A stretch of 63,818 nt of DNA, counting the filler, from Barthelona sp. PAP020 (lineage: Eukaryota), in assembly GCA_040182905.1 (NCBI GenBank). It is 3 parts of 3 records of this genome, joined end to end, with 100 filler letters (N's around TTAATTAATTAA, not from the genome) between each part and the next. Parts side by side here need not be neighbours in the genome. Positions count along the whole stretch, not along the records: positions 1 to 21,358 come from JARQWU010000183.1; positions 21,459 to 42,580 come from JARQWU010000184.1; 1 more part is not named here. One strand, 5' to 3'. Position 1 is the first letter of the stretch. Each line of letters opens with the position of its first letter. Below the pieces are notes generated by a model. That model searched no databases, was not told the DNA's origin, and saw only the letters and a list, made by a program, of their open reading frames with translations. Below are positions 18,704-30,600 of the stretch, piece after piece. A program made the position numbers and the translations under genes.

Positions 18704-20593
18704 ATGGGATGTTTTGGTAGCAAAGAAACAATTGAGATAATTGATGATCAACAAAACGATACAATTTACAATAAAACTTCGAAAGATCACGATAAGATGG
18801 ATAATAATTTCCATAATAAGGAACCGATGGCTGAACAAAATCAAATGATCGATAACGAAAACATCAATATTAACAAAAGTCCTTATTCTGATTCAAATCA
18901 CAATTCTGAGTTGATGAGTCAAGATAGGATTAATTTAGAAAAATTTGATTCTAATAGTGAAAATAATAATTTTCAAGAACATTCAATCAATGATGATCTT
19001 GGAGAATCTAATTTTGGACCTGGTTTAACCCGCACCTCTAATTATGCGAAGGAATTTTCTTACAGTGATGAATCAGAACTTGAAGAAGATATTGATGATC
19101 AGTTTCAGTCAGATGTTTGGTCACCCCAATCTATGTTTTCATCAAACAGTAATGCTGATTTTTTTGGTGGTACTACTTTGAATGCCTATGTTTTTGTTCG
19201 AGAATTGGGAGAAGGTTCATTTGGAAAAGTAAGATTAGTGCAACATCGTGAAACAAAGGAATATTATTCTATGAAGCAAATTTCCAAAGGCAAATTAATG
19301 AAACAAGGACGCTTTAGCCAAAATAACCCTTGGAAGGATTTGGAAAGAGAAATAGCTATTATGAAGAAATTGAATCATCCAAATGTTCTTTCTTTAAAAA
19401 ATGTTTTTGACACGAATGAATATGTATTTTTGTTGACTGAATATGTTGATGGAGGTTCATTAATGGAGGCCCTTTCGCCTTTAAGTGATGATGATGATGA
19501 ATTGGCTTGTTTAAATTCAATGAAACCTTTGGATCCCATGAATCTGTGGCAAGTTGTAAGAGGCATTGTTTCGGGTTTGAAATATATTCATTCGCAAGGA
19601 ATTGTTCACCGAGATATCAAGCCAGCAAATATTTTGGTCAAATTATGCAAACCTACTGTTATGATATCTCCTGAAATTGAAGATGAAATTAAAGGAAGTG
19701 AATCAAACGATAGCATTGAATCACTTCCTTTAAAATTGACAACAGTAAAACTTGCTGATTTTGGGGTTTCACAAGATTTGCTTGGAACAAATGGAAACGT
19801 TGAAGATTCTAAGGGTACCCCTGTATTTGAAGCTCCTGAAATTGCGTCTGGTCAAAATAATGACATTAATGGCTTTGATGTTGATATTTGGGCATTAGGT
19901 GTCACTGTATATTGTTTAGCTATCGGTAAATTACCATTTTATCATGCAAACCTGTTTACAATCATGCAAAAAATTGTTGGAGAGGATCCTGAAATCCCAC
20001 CAGATTTAGAAGTCAATTTAGATGATTTTATCAGGGGTTTGTTACAGAAAGATCCAAAAGAACGATTGAAGATTGATGAAATTTGTGAACATCCTTACAT
20101 TACGGCAAATGGAGAAATGCCTCTGGATTCTCATTTCGGTGAGATAATCATTGATTCTGATGATGTTTCTAATGCTGTAACCAAGTTAACTGATGAAGAC
20201 GTGCTGTTGTATCGAAAAATTGAAAGAAGATTGTCTACCATCGGTGATATAACGAAAAATCAATTATTAAATAGAAGAAGGTGGTCAACAGCTAATGCCA
20301 ATATGGCCAATTTTTATGTTCCTTTCGATTTGCAAGATAATGATGATGATTACAATTTCACCGAAATTGATGATTCAGATGTTGATGATTCTTTCTTAGA
20401 CCCTGTTCCTGAGGGTGGATTTGATCAGTTCACTTCAACTAATATTTTCCAACAGGAAATTGTTCCGGAAGAAGAATATTATGAGGATGAGTATTCAAAC
20501 GAAAATAATGAAAATGACGACGATTGTTTTTTTGAAGATGAAGCAGATTATTTTGATTATGAAAAAAAAATAGAAACAACCGCAAACCAATAG
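18704..20593 (+). CDS. Ser/Thr kinase, CaMKK/SAK1-like, with N-acylation signal
   Basis: GEGSFGKV, EIAIMKKLNHPN, HRDIKPANIL, DFG, GTPVFEAPE, DIWALGVT. N-terminus MGCFGS (G2 myristoylation, C3 palmitoylation); acidic tail. Confidence 0.88.
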   Translation: MGCFGSKETIEIIDDQQNDTIYNKTSKDHDKMDNNFHNKEPMAEQNQMIDNENININKSPYSDSNHNSELMSQDRINLEKFDSNSENNNFQEHSINDDLGESNFGPGLTRTSNYAKEFSYSDESELEEDIDDQFQSDVWSPQSMFSSNSNADFFGGTTLNAYVFVRELGEGSFGKVRLVQHRETKEYYSMKQISKGKLMKQGRFSQNNPWKDLEREIAIMKKLNHPNVLSLKNVFDTNEYVFLLTEYVDGGSLMEALSPLSDDDDELACLNSMKPLDPMNLWQVVRGIVSGLKYIHSQGIVHRDIKPANILVKLCKPTVMISPEIEDEIKGSESNDSIESLPLKLTTVKLADFGVSQDLLGTNGNVEDSKGTPVFEAPEIASGQNNDINGFDVDIWALGVTVYCLAIGKLPFYHANLFTIMQKIVGEDPEIPPDLEVNLDDFIRGLLQKDPKERLKIDEICEHPYITANGEMPLDSHFGEIIIDSDDVSNAVTKLTDEDVLLYRKIERRLSTIGDITKNQLLNRRRWSTANANMANFYVPFDLQDNDDDYNFTEIDDSDVDDSFLDPVPEGGFDQFTSTNIFQQEIVPEEEYYEDEYSNENNENDDDCFFEDEADYFDYEKKIETTANQ

Positions 20594-20743
20594 AAGAAAA
20601 TTAGGGCATGTATAAAAATATTTAATCGATCTTGTCAAGGGCTTTTTGTAAATTTATTATTTGACTTTTTTTTTCTTCAAATTTATCTTTTTATCAATAA
20701 AAAACTGAATTACTATTATGATTGAATATATAATTGCTATAAA

Positions 20744-20842
20744 GGTCTCAGAGAATGGAATTATCAACAAAACGTTGGTGGGTTTGAAGACAAAGTCAAG
20801 CTTTGCCTTAACCAACTTCAGCTCCAGTGGACATCACAGACC
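20744..20842 (-). ncRNA. Candidate box C/D snoRNA
   Basis: Minus strand reads GGTC-T-GTGATGT...CTGA...CTGA-GACC: a 4-bp terminal stem, a box C variant, an internal D' and a terminal box D in kink-turn register. It is a GC-richer island in AT-rich intergenic DNA. Confidence 0.55.
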
Positions 20843-21167
20843 AAGAGTCCATTTAAGATTTCAAAATTATCATCAAAACGACAACAAAATTGTCCAACAA
20901 AAACTTCCTCAAAGATTTTTTTTTGCAAATTCAAAAGTTTTATCTTTTTTTGATCTCCAAATCTTTTTTTATATTGAAAGAAAATTTACTTCCAATTCAA
21001 CAGATCAAAGATAATAACAAAAAAAGTAGCATTTTTCTATTTTTTTTTGTCTGGCTTCATTTCAAGAAAATTTTTATTTGAAACTATTATCAACCTGAAT
21101 GAATTCTATATTTGTTTTTAATCAATTTTTCCAGTTTTTTTTTTTCATCAATTCAATCGAACTTTCA

Positions 21168-21358
21168 ATGCAAAGTTTGCATGAACTTGAAAGTATTTTA
21201 GAAGCATGTACACAACAAAACGATGATAATCAACAACAGTACAAACCAATATTTTTATCGATTCTAAATGCTGCGAAAGCATCTGACACTTTACATGACC
21301 GATTATTTGCCGATAAAGAAACAAGTCATAAAAAGAGTCATAAAAATAAAGGCCAAGT
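21168..21358 (+). CDS. 5' fragment of a hypothetical protein, truncated at contig end
   Basis: ATG at 21168 (MQSLHELESILEAC...) stays open into the N spacer. Confidence 0.45.
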
Positions 21359-21458
21359 NNNNNNNNNNNNNNNNNNNNNNNNNNNNNNNNNNNNNNNNNN
21401 NNTTAATTAATTAANNNNNNNNNNNNNNNNNNNNNNNNNNNNNNNNNNNNNNNNNNNN
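21359..21458. other. Artificial contig-joining spacer
   Basis: 44 N + TTAATTAATTAA (stops in all six frames, 21403-21414) + 44 N = 100 nt. Confidence 0.97.
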
Positions 21459-21623
21459 CAAGAATTACTCGATAAATACAAATTAAAAGAAACACAATTG
21501 CCCAGAATCAGAAAAGATGATCCAGTTACCAAATTCTTTGGTTTGCAACCAGGCGATGTTTTCAAGATTTTGAGAAAATCCGAAACTGCTGGTAGATATG
21601 TCACATATAGACTTGTTGTTTAA
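21459..21623 (+). CDS. RPB5: RNA polymerase I/II/III shared subunit RPB5, C-terminal fragment (missed by the ORF track)
   Basis: Translates [54 protein letters not shown], the conserved RPB5 C-terminus; the 5' part is lost at the contig start. Confidence 0.95.
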   Translation, partial: QELLDKYKLKETQLPRIRKDDPVTKFFGLQPGDVFKILRKSETAGRYVTYRLVV

Positions 21624-21740
21624 TGCGAATAAAGAATTGAAAAATAAATAGTTAGTTCATGAATTTTTTATTGTTTTTTGCCATTGTTTTGAATCATCAA
21701 ACTGCTTTGCGACGCTTTTTAGATGGAAAGAAAGAAACTT

Positions 21741-22349
21741 TTACGTGAGTGGAATAGCTCCTGTTTCTTCAGTTTCTGTTAACATTCTGTGCTCTGAATA
21801 ACCTTTCTGGGGAAGGAAAATCTTAAATTTATTCACAATCACCTTCAAAAATGGTTGAGTTTTTCTTTTTTCCTCAGTCATTGAAGGCAACAACTCAGTT
21901 GTAGTACTAGAAGATATAAAAATCTCCAAAGGAACTAAAAATACAGTCAAAAATAACAATGAGAAAGTCATTAAATAAGTAAATTTATGAGTATTCCTGA
22001 AATGACTCAATAAAGCAAAACCATTAAAAACACATAGAATAGAGACTCCTAATGTTTGATTATCCAGTGAAAGAAAAGGAAACGTGTCTTTCACATATTT
22101 ATAACAACAAAATAGTTCAATAAACACACACAAAGAAAGAAAGACATTAATTCCAGCAATCATCAACAACAAAGTAAATCCAGCAGATGCATATATCGAA
22201 TACTTAATTACAAGCTTGGAGTATCGAGAATAGTCTTCAGCTAAAATAGAAACAAAATACGATCCAAACGCAAATACCACACCGACTATTAAAACAACAA
22301 CAATTATCGCTGCAAAAATCAAATAAGATTGCAAAACCGCTAAAACCAT
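21741..22349 (-). CDS. Erv26/Svp26/TEX261 ER cargo adaptor
   Basis: FGSYFVSILAEDYSRYSKLVIKY, FPFLSL, LVPLEIFISSS...LP; 4-5 TM segments. Confidence 0.7.
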   Translation of the reverse strand: MVLAVLQSYLIFAAIIVVVLIVGVVFAFGSYFVSILAEDYSRYSKLVIKYSIYASAGFTLLLMIAGINVFLSLCVFIELFCCYKYVKDTFPFLSLDNQTLGVSILCVFNGFALLSHFRNTHKFTYLMTFSLLFLTVFLVPLEIFISSSTTTELLPSMTEEKRKTQPFLKVIVNKFKIFLPQKGYSEHRMLTETEETGAIPLT

Positions 22350-22388
22350 CAACAAATTTTGAAGAAAAAAATTATTCTACATTTATTT

Positions 22389-22973
22389 TTAAGGACTAAA
22401 AAACTGAGGTGTGTAACTGGGCAAAGAATATTTATTTGATAAAGTGGGTGAATAATCTGAATTTTGGGATGGTTGAAAATCCTCAATATGAAAATTCTTA
22501 AGATCAATTTTATTTCGATTTTGAGTATATTGTTGTCGATTGGCAATGAAATGTTTATAAAAAGGCAAATCCAATGAATTGTATATTTCTTCAAGTGGTT
22601 TTTTTTTGAATTTTTCATTTAAAACTCGACTTTTTTCTTTAACATTTTGTTTATGGGAAATCTTTGAATCATCAGAAGATATTACAGTTTTTTTACTCTT
22701 GTTAAATGAAATATTGTTCTTTTTTTTTTTCATTGGGATTTTTTTTTTGAGTTTTTCAACATCAACATTTTCTACTAACATTTTATTTTGTTTTATCAAT
22801 TTTTTAAAGGATGAACTTGAGATTACTGGTATATTATTCAAGTTACTATGACTAAATGATAAATTTTGATTGGAAAAATTGTCATTGTTTCGTACGGGAG
22901 TTGCTTCAACATTTAGTCTTCTTTTAGATTTTCTTTCAGGAGATGTAGAAAAGAATTTTGAAGGAGAATTCAT
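22389..22973 (-). CDS. Hypothetical basic low-complexity protein
   Basis: 194-aa ATG-initiated ORF, K/N/S-rich with several S/T-P sites; no recognisable domain. Confidence 0.55.
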   Translation of the reverse strand: MNSPSKFFSTSPERKSKRRLNVEATPVRNNDNFSNQNLSFSHSNLNNIPVISSSSFKKLIKQNKMLVENVDVEKLKKKIPMKKKKNNISFNKSKKTVISSDDSKISHKQNVKEKSRVLNEKFKKKPLEEIYNSLDLPFYKHFIANRQQYTQNRNKIDLKNFHIEDFQPSQNSDYSPTLSNKYSLPSYTPQFFSP

Positions 22974-23173
22974 TGAAAAGCATAATAAAAAAGTCTTCTT
23001 TAATATTTTTGTTTATTGACACAATAATATTGTATATTTAATATTTTTAAGATATTTTTAATAAAGAATTGAACAAAAAATCATTTATGAAATATATCCA
23101 TCAAAAGTCTACTTGACATCAAGTGATAGATCTTTTGGGCGGTCTAATTTTTTCCTTTTTATGAAACATTATA

Positions 23174-25658
23174 ATGGATTCTGAGGCGATCTTTCCAGTT
23201 GATTTAACCTCTAAATTAGAAATTTCGAAAGAAGAAAGAGTAATTATATTAATTTAATGAAAACTAACAAAATTAATAGTTTTATGAATTATCTGAGAAA
23301 GAATATCTAATATTACAAGAAAATAGTTCACATTTTGGTGCTGATTGTAATGAATCAATGATATATAGTGTTTCATTGTATTTGGGCTTTTTGAATACAA
23401 TAATTGAAAAACCTGACTATTTTGAAGAAAAAAAAGTGTTTATTACACCAATAAATATATTTATTGCAGCGGGATTAAAAAAAACAATGCAAATTAAAGA
23501 TATTTTCAAACTATGTTATCGTCGATTTGAATTAAAAGATTTTCCTTTAAATATTGATAAAGATACAATTAAATTACATGAAAGTCAATTGATTCTTAGT
23601 TGTTTGTTGTATAGTAAGTTAGATTTGATATTAAAAGATATTTTGATTGAAACAGATAAGATTAAGGAAAGTTTAAAACAAAATGTGTGGATTTTGTTCA
23701 ATTATTTGAGATTATGTAAAAATGTAGATCTTTTAATAGAAAGTATTGATTTGGTCCAAAATTATCGATATTTGGTCAGTTTATTGTTGCTATTATGTAA
23801 ATATATGAACATAAAACATGAAATTGATATGAATGGTTTATTATTGGATGAAATAGAGATGGTTATTTTGAAACTTGTTAATGATGGTGAAATTATCGTT
23901 CATTTGGACTTAAATTTTGCCAATGATTCTACCACGATAGAACAAGATTTGACAAGGTTGGATGAAACAACAGGGGAAATCAATATTGTGTATGAAGAAT
24001 TGTTGAGGGAAGAATACACCCTTCAGAAAAATATAATTATCGATCAAAGATTGGTACCATTGATTATCAATAGCAACACAAAAATATTGCAGTCCCCTAC
24101 GTATCGTCAACATACGAGTTACATGTTAACACCTCTATCCTTCGGTATGGCTTCTGAAAATTGGTTGATTAAATTACTAAGCTGTAGAAATTCAAACAGT
24201 TTAGATGCACTATTGAAGAGTTATTCCCTTGACATAGAAGATAGAGATTTGATCAAACGTTGGTTCAACCAAATTTGTACCAAGGTTGGTAAAAATATCC
24301 GACATCGTGAGAGCATAATTGAAGGGCTTTTTTTGTTAATTATTGAACGTACTGTTGATTATGAAATTAAACGACTGGAAAGTCAAGGGAAAAATTTGAT
24401 TATCCGAGAATTTGTATGTTGTAAAGATTTGATGTATAGTCTGTTGTCTTTAACTTTAATCATTATTGGTATATGTCATTCAGTATCTAATCTTTCATAT
24501 TACCAATTGAAAAGTAGGTACACAATTGATCCTCTTGATCTTTTGAAGACAATTGACAATTTTTTCAAGATATTTCCTGATATAATTTTGAATTTGAAAG
24601 TTGAGTTGCATAAATTGATGGTTGATTTGATCAAAAGAGAAGTTTTTTTGGAAAATTCCAAAATTTTTAAATTTATGAAAATTTTGAATGACAACAATGG
24701 GAATTGTACCAATGGCACATATGATCACACAGAAGAAATTAAAAGTGAGCAACTTGAATTCGATGTTGAAAATACACCTCCATCGAAATCAAATGTAAAC
24801 AGTGCTTTTTCAAAGGTTCATCCTATCAAAGAGACAAATGAATTACAAGTACAAAAACAAAAACAAAAAAATTTAAAAAACATTAATTTGCAGGCAATAC
24901 ATTCATCTGTGTATTATTTTTTCTATTCGTTTCAGAAACACTGTTCAAAAGTCATTGTAGAATTGTTAGATGTGTTAATCAACAATAAAAAGCAGTTGGA
25001 AATGTATTACAAACAGATCATGAAAGTTTTAGTTGAAATATTTACAAATAATTTTGATTTGTTTAAAAACAGACACTTACACACAATATTATTGTGCTGT
25101 GTGTATATCACCATCAGAGCCAATAAAGTTGAAGAAACTTTTACTAACATTGTCAAATCGTACAAAAGCATCCCTTCATTTGATGTTGGATTGGACGTTT
25201 ATCGGTCAATCAATCTTAATGATGGTGAATTCGGTGATATCATCAAGTTTTACAACAATAATTTCGTACCTATTTGTCAAATAATGGTGAAACAAATCGT
25301 AGAATCTTCTCTCAAATTAAAAGTACCTGCTTTTGATTTCAAATCTTCAAATGAACAGGCAAACAAAAAAAAATCATACAACAATAATTCGGAATACCCT
25401 CATTATGTTGCACCAACATCAACTCCAATAAAAAAATTATCAGCAAATATGAGTATCGGTTTTGGGAATTCAAGAAACCTTGTTAATGATGTTTTATCTC
25501 CTTCAACAATATTGAGTTGTAGTCTTTCAATAGCTCCTTCTAGACATCCGGTATTTAATACAATCGGTGTAAATAATAATAAAAAAATAAATAAACATGA
25601 ATCAAAACGAGTTTCCTTTAATAAAGAAGAAGACAAAAAGAAAGAACCGGTTTTATGA
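23174..25658 (+). CDS. RBR: Retinoblastoma-family pocket protein (exons 23174-23239 and 23280-25658)
   Basis: Pocket B motifs LFKNRHLHTILLCCVY and GDIIKFYNNNFV; pocket A-like IDPLDLLKTIDNF. A 40-nt GT..ACTAAC..AG intron joins the upstream ATG in frame. Confidence 0.82.
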
Positions 25659-25930
25659 ACTTGTGAATTTTGAATTTGTATCTTAAGATATATATATATA
25701 AATAATATAAATAGTATGATTTTATTGTTTGTAACCTCTTTCAAAAAGAAAAATTAAAATTAAAAATGCAAAATTAAACAGAAATACCTATTTTATTTGG
25801 AGGTAACAGTTAATATCATGATAAAAATCATAAAAAATACTGTGAAGTACGGAGTTTTCAAAAATAACCACAGAAAAATGTGTGTTCCAAGATATGAAGG
25901 TATCTTTTTTTTCATTTTGTTTTGCATCAA

Positions 25931-27328
25931 ATGAGTGCTCAGTTCAGAGAAAATGCAATTAGACTTACGCAAGAAGCTATTGCTGCAGATAATCAAACCA
26001 ATTTACCTGTTGCCAGAGAAAAATACAATATGGCAGCTCAATATTTTTTAGAAGCCATTAAAAGTTTATAATTTTACATATTTTTATCAATTTGACTAAT
26101 ATTTTTAGGAGAAAAGAACAAAAATTTAAAACAAGTCATGGCACAAAAAGTTGACAAAGTCATGACACGAATTCAAGAAATTGATGTTGAAATCAGTAAG
26201 GGTCAAAAGAAAGTACCTGTTGGTGGACCTAAAAAAAAAAATAAAAAAGACAACAAAAAGAATAATGGTAAAAGCAACAATGATGATCAAGATGATGATG
26301 ATGAAGAAGAAGAAGAAGATGAAGAAACACAACGTTTAACTGACATGTTATCAGATGCTATCTTACAAGAAAAACCAAATATTAAATGGGAAGATGTTGC
26401 CGGTTTAGAATTGGTCAAAAGCACCTTAAGAGAAGCTGTTATTTTGCCCGCCAGGTTTCCTCAATTTTATCAAGATGTTGAACCTTGGAAAGGCATCTTG
26501 TTATATGGACCTCCCGGTACAGGTAAGTCATATCTTGCTAAGGCGGTAGCTACCGAATGTGATGCAACATTCTTTTCAGTTACTGCATCTACATTGATGT
26601 CTAGATGGCAAGGTGAATCTGAAAAACTTGTGAAAGGATTATTCGATTTGGCCGCTAAAAAGTCACCTTCTATTATTTTTATTGATGAAATTGATTCATT
26701 ATGTGGATCCAGATCTGAAAATGATTCTGAATCATCTAGAAGAGTCAAGAATGAATTTTTGGTCCGAATGAATGGTGTTGGATCAGATATGGAAGGTGTC
26801 TTAATGTTGGCTGCTACAAATTTACCATGGCAATTAGATAGTGCTATGAGAAGACGTTTTCCCAAGAAGATTTTGATTCCCCTTCCTGATTTTGAAGCAA
26901 GACTAGCAATGTTCAAAATTCACACTAGAAAGGTCGAAACTTCCCTTACAGAAGAAGACTTTGTTAATTTAGCCAATTGTACAGATGGTTACTCAGGTTC
27001 AGACATTTCTCAAGTTTGTGATGAAGCCCTTTATGGACCTATCAGAGATGTTCAAAGTGCAGCGTTTTTCAAATATGTTAATCAACAACATCCACAAACT
27101 AAGGAAATGGGTGAATGGATAGTTCCTTGTGGAAGAAGAGATGCTGGAGCTTTTGAAAAGAATCTTTATGAATTCGAAAAAGAAGAAAGCGCCAAAGTCA
27201 TCAAGCCTGCTGTTTGCTTCAGACATTTCCAGAGTGCTCTTGGTAAACAAAAAAGTTCTGTTTCACATGGAGATCTTGCTCAATATGATCAATGGACTGC
27301 TGAATTTGGTATGGATGGTTCTGCCTAA
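25931..27328 (+). CDS. VPS4: Vps4-like MIT-AAA ATPase (exons 25931-26063 and 26109-27328)
   Basis: Splicing out a 45-nt intron restores the MIT domain (AIRLTQEAIAAD...EAIKREKN). Walker A GPPGTGKS, Walker B IIFIDEID, SRH LDSAMRRRF, Vps4_C ending WTAEFG. Confidence 0.88.
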
Positions 27329-27614
27329 GGTGATTTTTTTTTTGATTGCTTTCTTCGGGTTTTTGACATTTAATTACTCCCTGTTTTTCAAATATTTTTC
27401 CTTTTGTACACTGTTGATAAAAAACTTAAAATATTTTTCTTGTTTAAAAAGGATTCAGACAATTTACAGTGAAAGAAAAAAAATTGGGAACCCTTGTCAG
27501 AAAGTTTCTTTTTCTGTTCATTGTAACAACTAACAAAAAAGACTATTCACCTATTTACAATACTTTCATCTACTTACATGTGTAACAATTAATTTATCAT
27601 TTCTTCTTTAAAAC

Positions 27615-30600
27615 TTAGTATGATTCGAAAATCCAACGACCTTCACGTTCATACTCTTCAATGCGATTTGAAGCTGAAGTCTCATCAAAATCACCATAAA
27701 TTGTCAAAGCTTTCACAACTGCTGTTCTGATATTACTTGGTATTCTGCCAGCAGGACCACAATACAAAAATGAACCAGCATCATTTTCCATTACGTCAAA
27801 TAGGATTTTTGGGTTTTCAATCATTCTATCTGTAATATACACCTTCTTTTTAGGGTTTTCACGAGAAAAAGCATAAAAAACAGTAATTATTCCATTTTCC
27901 TCCCAACTTTTCCATTCGTCAGCCAGAAGGAAATCTTTGTTTGAATAACGACATCCCAAAAACAAATACATTTGTCCAATATTCTCTTGTGGTTTTGCTT
28001 GTACCCTTAGTATTTCTTTATCTTGGGCAAAACCTCGAAAAGGAGCTATCCCCGTACCAAGACCACATGCAATAAACGGTTTCGTTTTATCTAAAGGTGG
28101 AACTAAAGGAGATTCACGAATAAATATGGGAACAAGTACTTCCCCACCATATGGTTCCACTTCTTCCAACCAACCAGTTGCTAACCCAGTGACAATTTTT
28201 CCAGACTTCGTCTTGTGTGAAACGATACCAATCAAAAGTTCCAAACATTGTGGATGCATGAGATTAGACGAAGCAATGGAATAAAGTCGAGGTGTAATTA
28301 AAGGTATCATTTCAACCAAATAGTGTAACGGTGGACGACATGATGGATATCGGATTAAAACATCAAGAAAATTAGTTCCAAACATTATCCTGTCTTCAGC
28401 TAATTTATCAGATCCCGCCTTTGAACCCAAAAATGCTAACTCTTCCCGTTCTTGCAAATTTGTAGCAAATGGCGCTAATTTTTTATAATAATCTCGACCA
28501 GCCAGACTATAAAAATCCAAGTAAAAAGTGGCTAATTGTCTCACAGTCATTGGCTTGGATAATGCCTCAATTTCACAAGTAGCACCAATAGGCTCAACAA
28601 CAAAAGTTACATCTGGGTCTGATCCATACCATGTCAAAAACATTTCCACTCTTTCTTTTTTATTTCCTGGCCAAATTCCTACATGCCAGCCAGTCTTATA
28701 TTTAATACCAGTTCCATGCAAATCCAATGTGATAAACCGTGAATCTTGCTCATAATCAATTGGAGTAATTCTCCTGTTTTCTATCATACGAACAAAAGTA
28801 CAACCTGGAGGTGGCGGTCCTCGAGGATCAGAAATTGGAGCAGTAAGAACACATCTATACTGAGGATTAGGTATTCCAAGAGGAATTCCCTCTTCAACAC
28901 CCAATATTTCCATGAATGAATCTGCAAAAGGTTGAAACGCAACATCAAAACCTTGAATGTGCTTTTCATCAGCAATACCTCGATCAAGTATTGGTGAAGC
29001 CCCTTTAGATAACATAACATCCCAAAACATTGCACCTGCTTTGTTGAAATTCTCACCATAAGCAGAAGAACCTATTCCAAACACTGCAAAGTTCACTCCT
29101 TTTAAAACATCATCATCTAATACATTAATGGACTCATAGAACTCAATACCCATGGGAGGTATATCACCCATACCATACGTACAAGTCATTAAAACAACAT
29201 TCAAATACTTTTTAAGCTCAATAGCGGTAATAGTATCCATTGGTTTCAAAACTGTATTGGCACCTCCAGAAGATAGTTTTTGTGCCAATGATTTTGCAAA
29301 ACCCGTGGTATTTCCAGTTACAGTCGCATATGTAATCAAAATTGAATCGCTATCAACTTCAGAAGAATAACCTGTAAAGGTTGTGGAATGTTTGGTAAAT
29401 GAAGATGATCTATCGGTGTAAGTGGTGTGTAATGCATGATGGGCCTTTTCACTACCCGGTTTTCCCAACCATTCGGTATATATAGCTTGAACTTCCAAGT
29501 TTTTATGTGAAACGCGAATTTTCGAGAATTCATCAATCTTATAAATAGCTTCAGAACGTTTCTTCAAAATGTTGTTATCCAAAGACTTCGATTGACCTCC
29601 TCCTCCAATACATCCTCCAGGACAGGCCATCACTTCAATAAAATGAAACATTTCACCAATTTCTTCAATTGCATGACGTTTCAATAACTTTTGGGCAGAA
29701 GTAATTCCTCCACAAATAGCCACTTTGATTTCTATATTTATCCCATCCTTCAAAGTCAATGGGATATTGGCGAACCTAATACCATAATAACCACGACATT
29801 GTTGAAGTTTAACATTATTGAGTTCTTCTCCAGTCAAAAAATAATAAGCGGTCCTCAATGCAGCCTCCATAACACCTCCGGATGCACCAAAAATTACTCC
29901 CGCACCAGAAGATTCACCCAAAGTTGAATCAAAGGATTTTTTGAAGTTATTCAACTTTCCAAGATCAATATTCTGGGTTCTTAACATCTTTCCTAATTCC
30001 CTTGTGGTAAGTACACAATCGATATCATACATATGATTCTGAGATAATTCAACTCGTTTACATTCCTGTTTCTTTGCAGTACAGGGCATAATTGCAACAG
30101 AAAAGATGTTTTCTGGTTTAATATTCATTTTATCAGCCCAATAAGTCTTAATAATGGTACCAAGCATTCCCATTGGTGATTTGCATGTAGATAAATATGG
30201 TATTAAATCAGGACGACGTTTTTCAACAAAGTTAATCCAAGATGGACAGCAAGAGGTAAACAAGGGCAAAGGAGCAGCTTTGTCTTTTGGATCAACAATA
30301 TTGTCTGTGATCCGTTGGATCAACTCAGTGGCTTCTTCCATAATGGTCAAATCCGCTGTTAAATTGGTATCAAACACATAATTAAAGCCTAAGGCACGGA
30401 GACTTTGAACCAAAAGATCAGTGTTAATTTCACCTGGAAGTTGCCCCAATTCTTCCCCTATAGTAACACGTACAGCTGGCGCTGTTTGCACCACAACAAC
30501 TTTTCTGGAACTCATTGCTTCATACACTTTGTCAATATCATCAACAACAGAAATAGCACCTACAGGACAATACGAAGCACACTGTCCGCATGCAATACAA

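Noticed and set aside
20718..21081. ORF-track ORFs of 98 aa and 63 aa
   Set aside because: They are low-complexity F/K/I-rich translations of AT-rich DNA with no motif. The GC-richer core is better explained by the snoRNA candidate.
21403..21414. TTAATTAATTAA palindrome as a biological element (also at 42625-42636)
   Set aside because: It is centred in exactly 44+44 Ns both times, so it is a synthetic six-frame stop linker.
25793..25915. 40-aa hydrophobic minus-strand micro-ORF (MKKKIPSYLG...)
   Set aside because: It starts only ~15 bp from the VPS4 ATG and no homology is recognisable. Hydrophobic micro-ORFs arise by chance in T-rich DNA.
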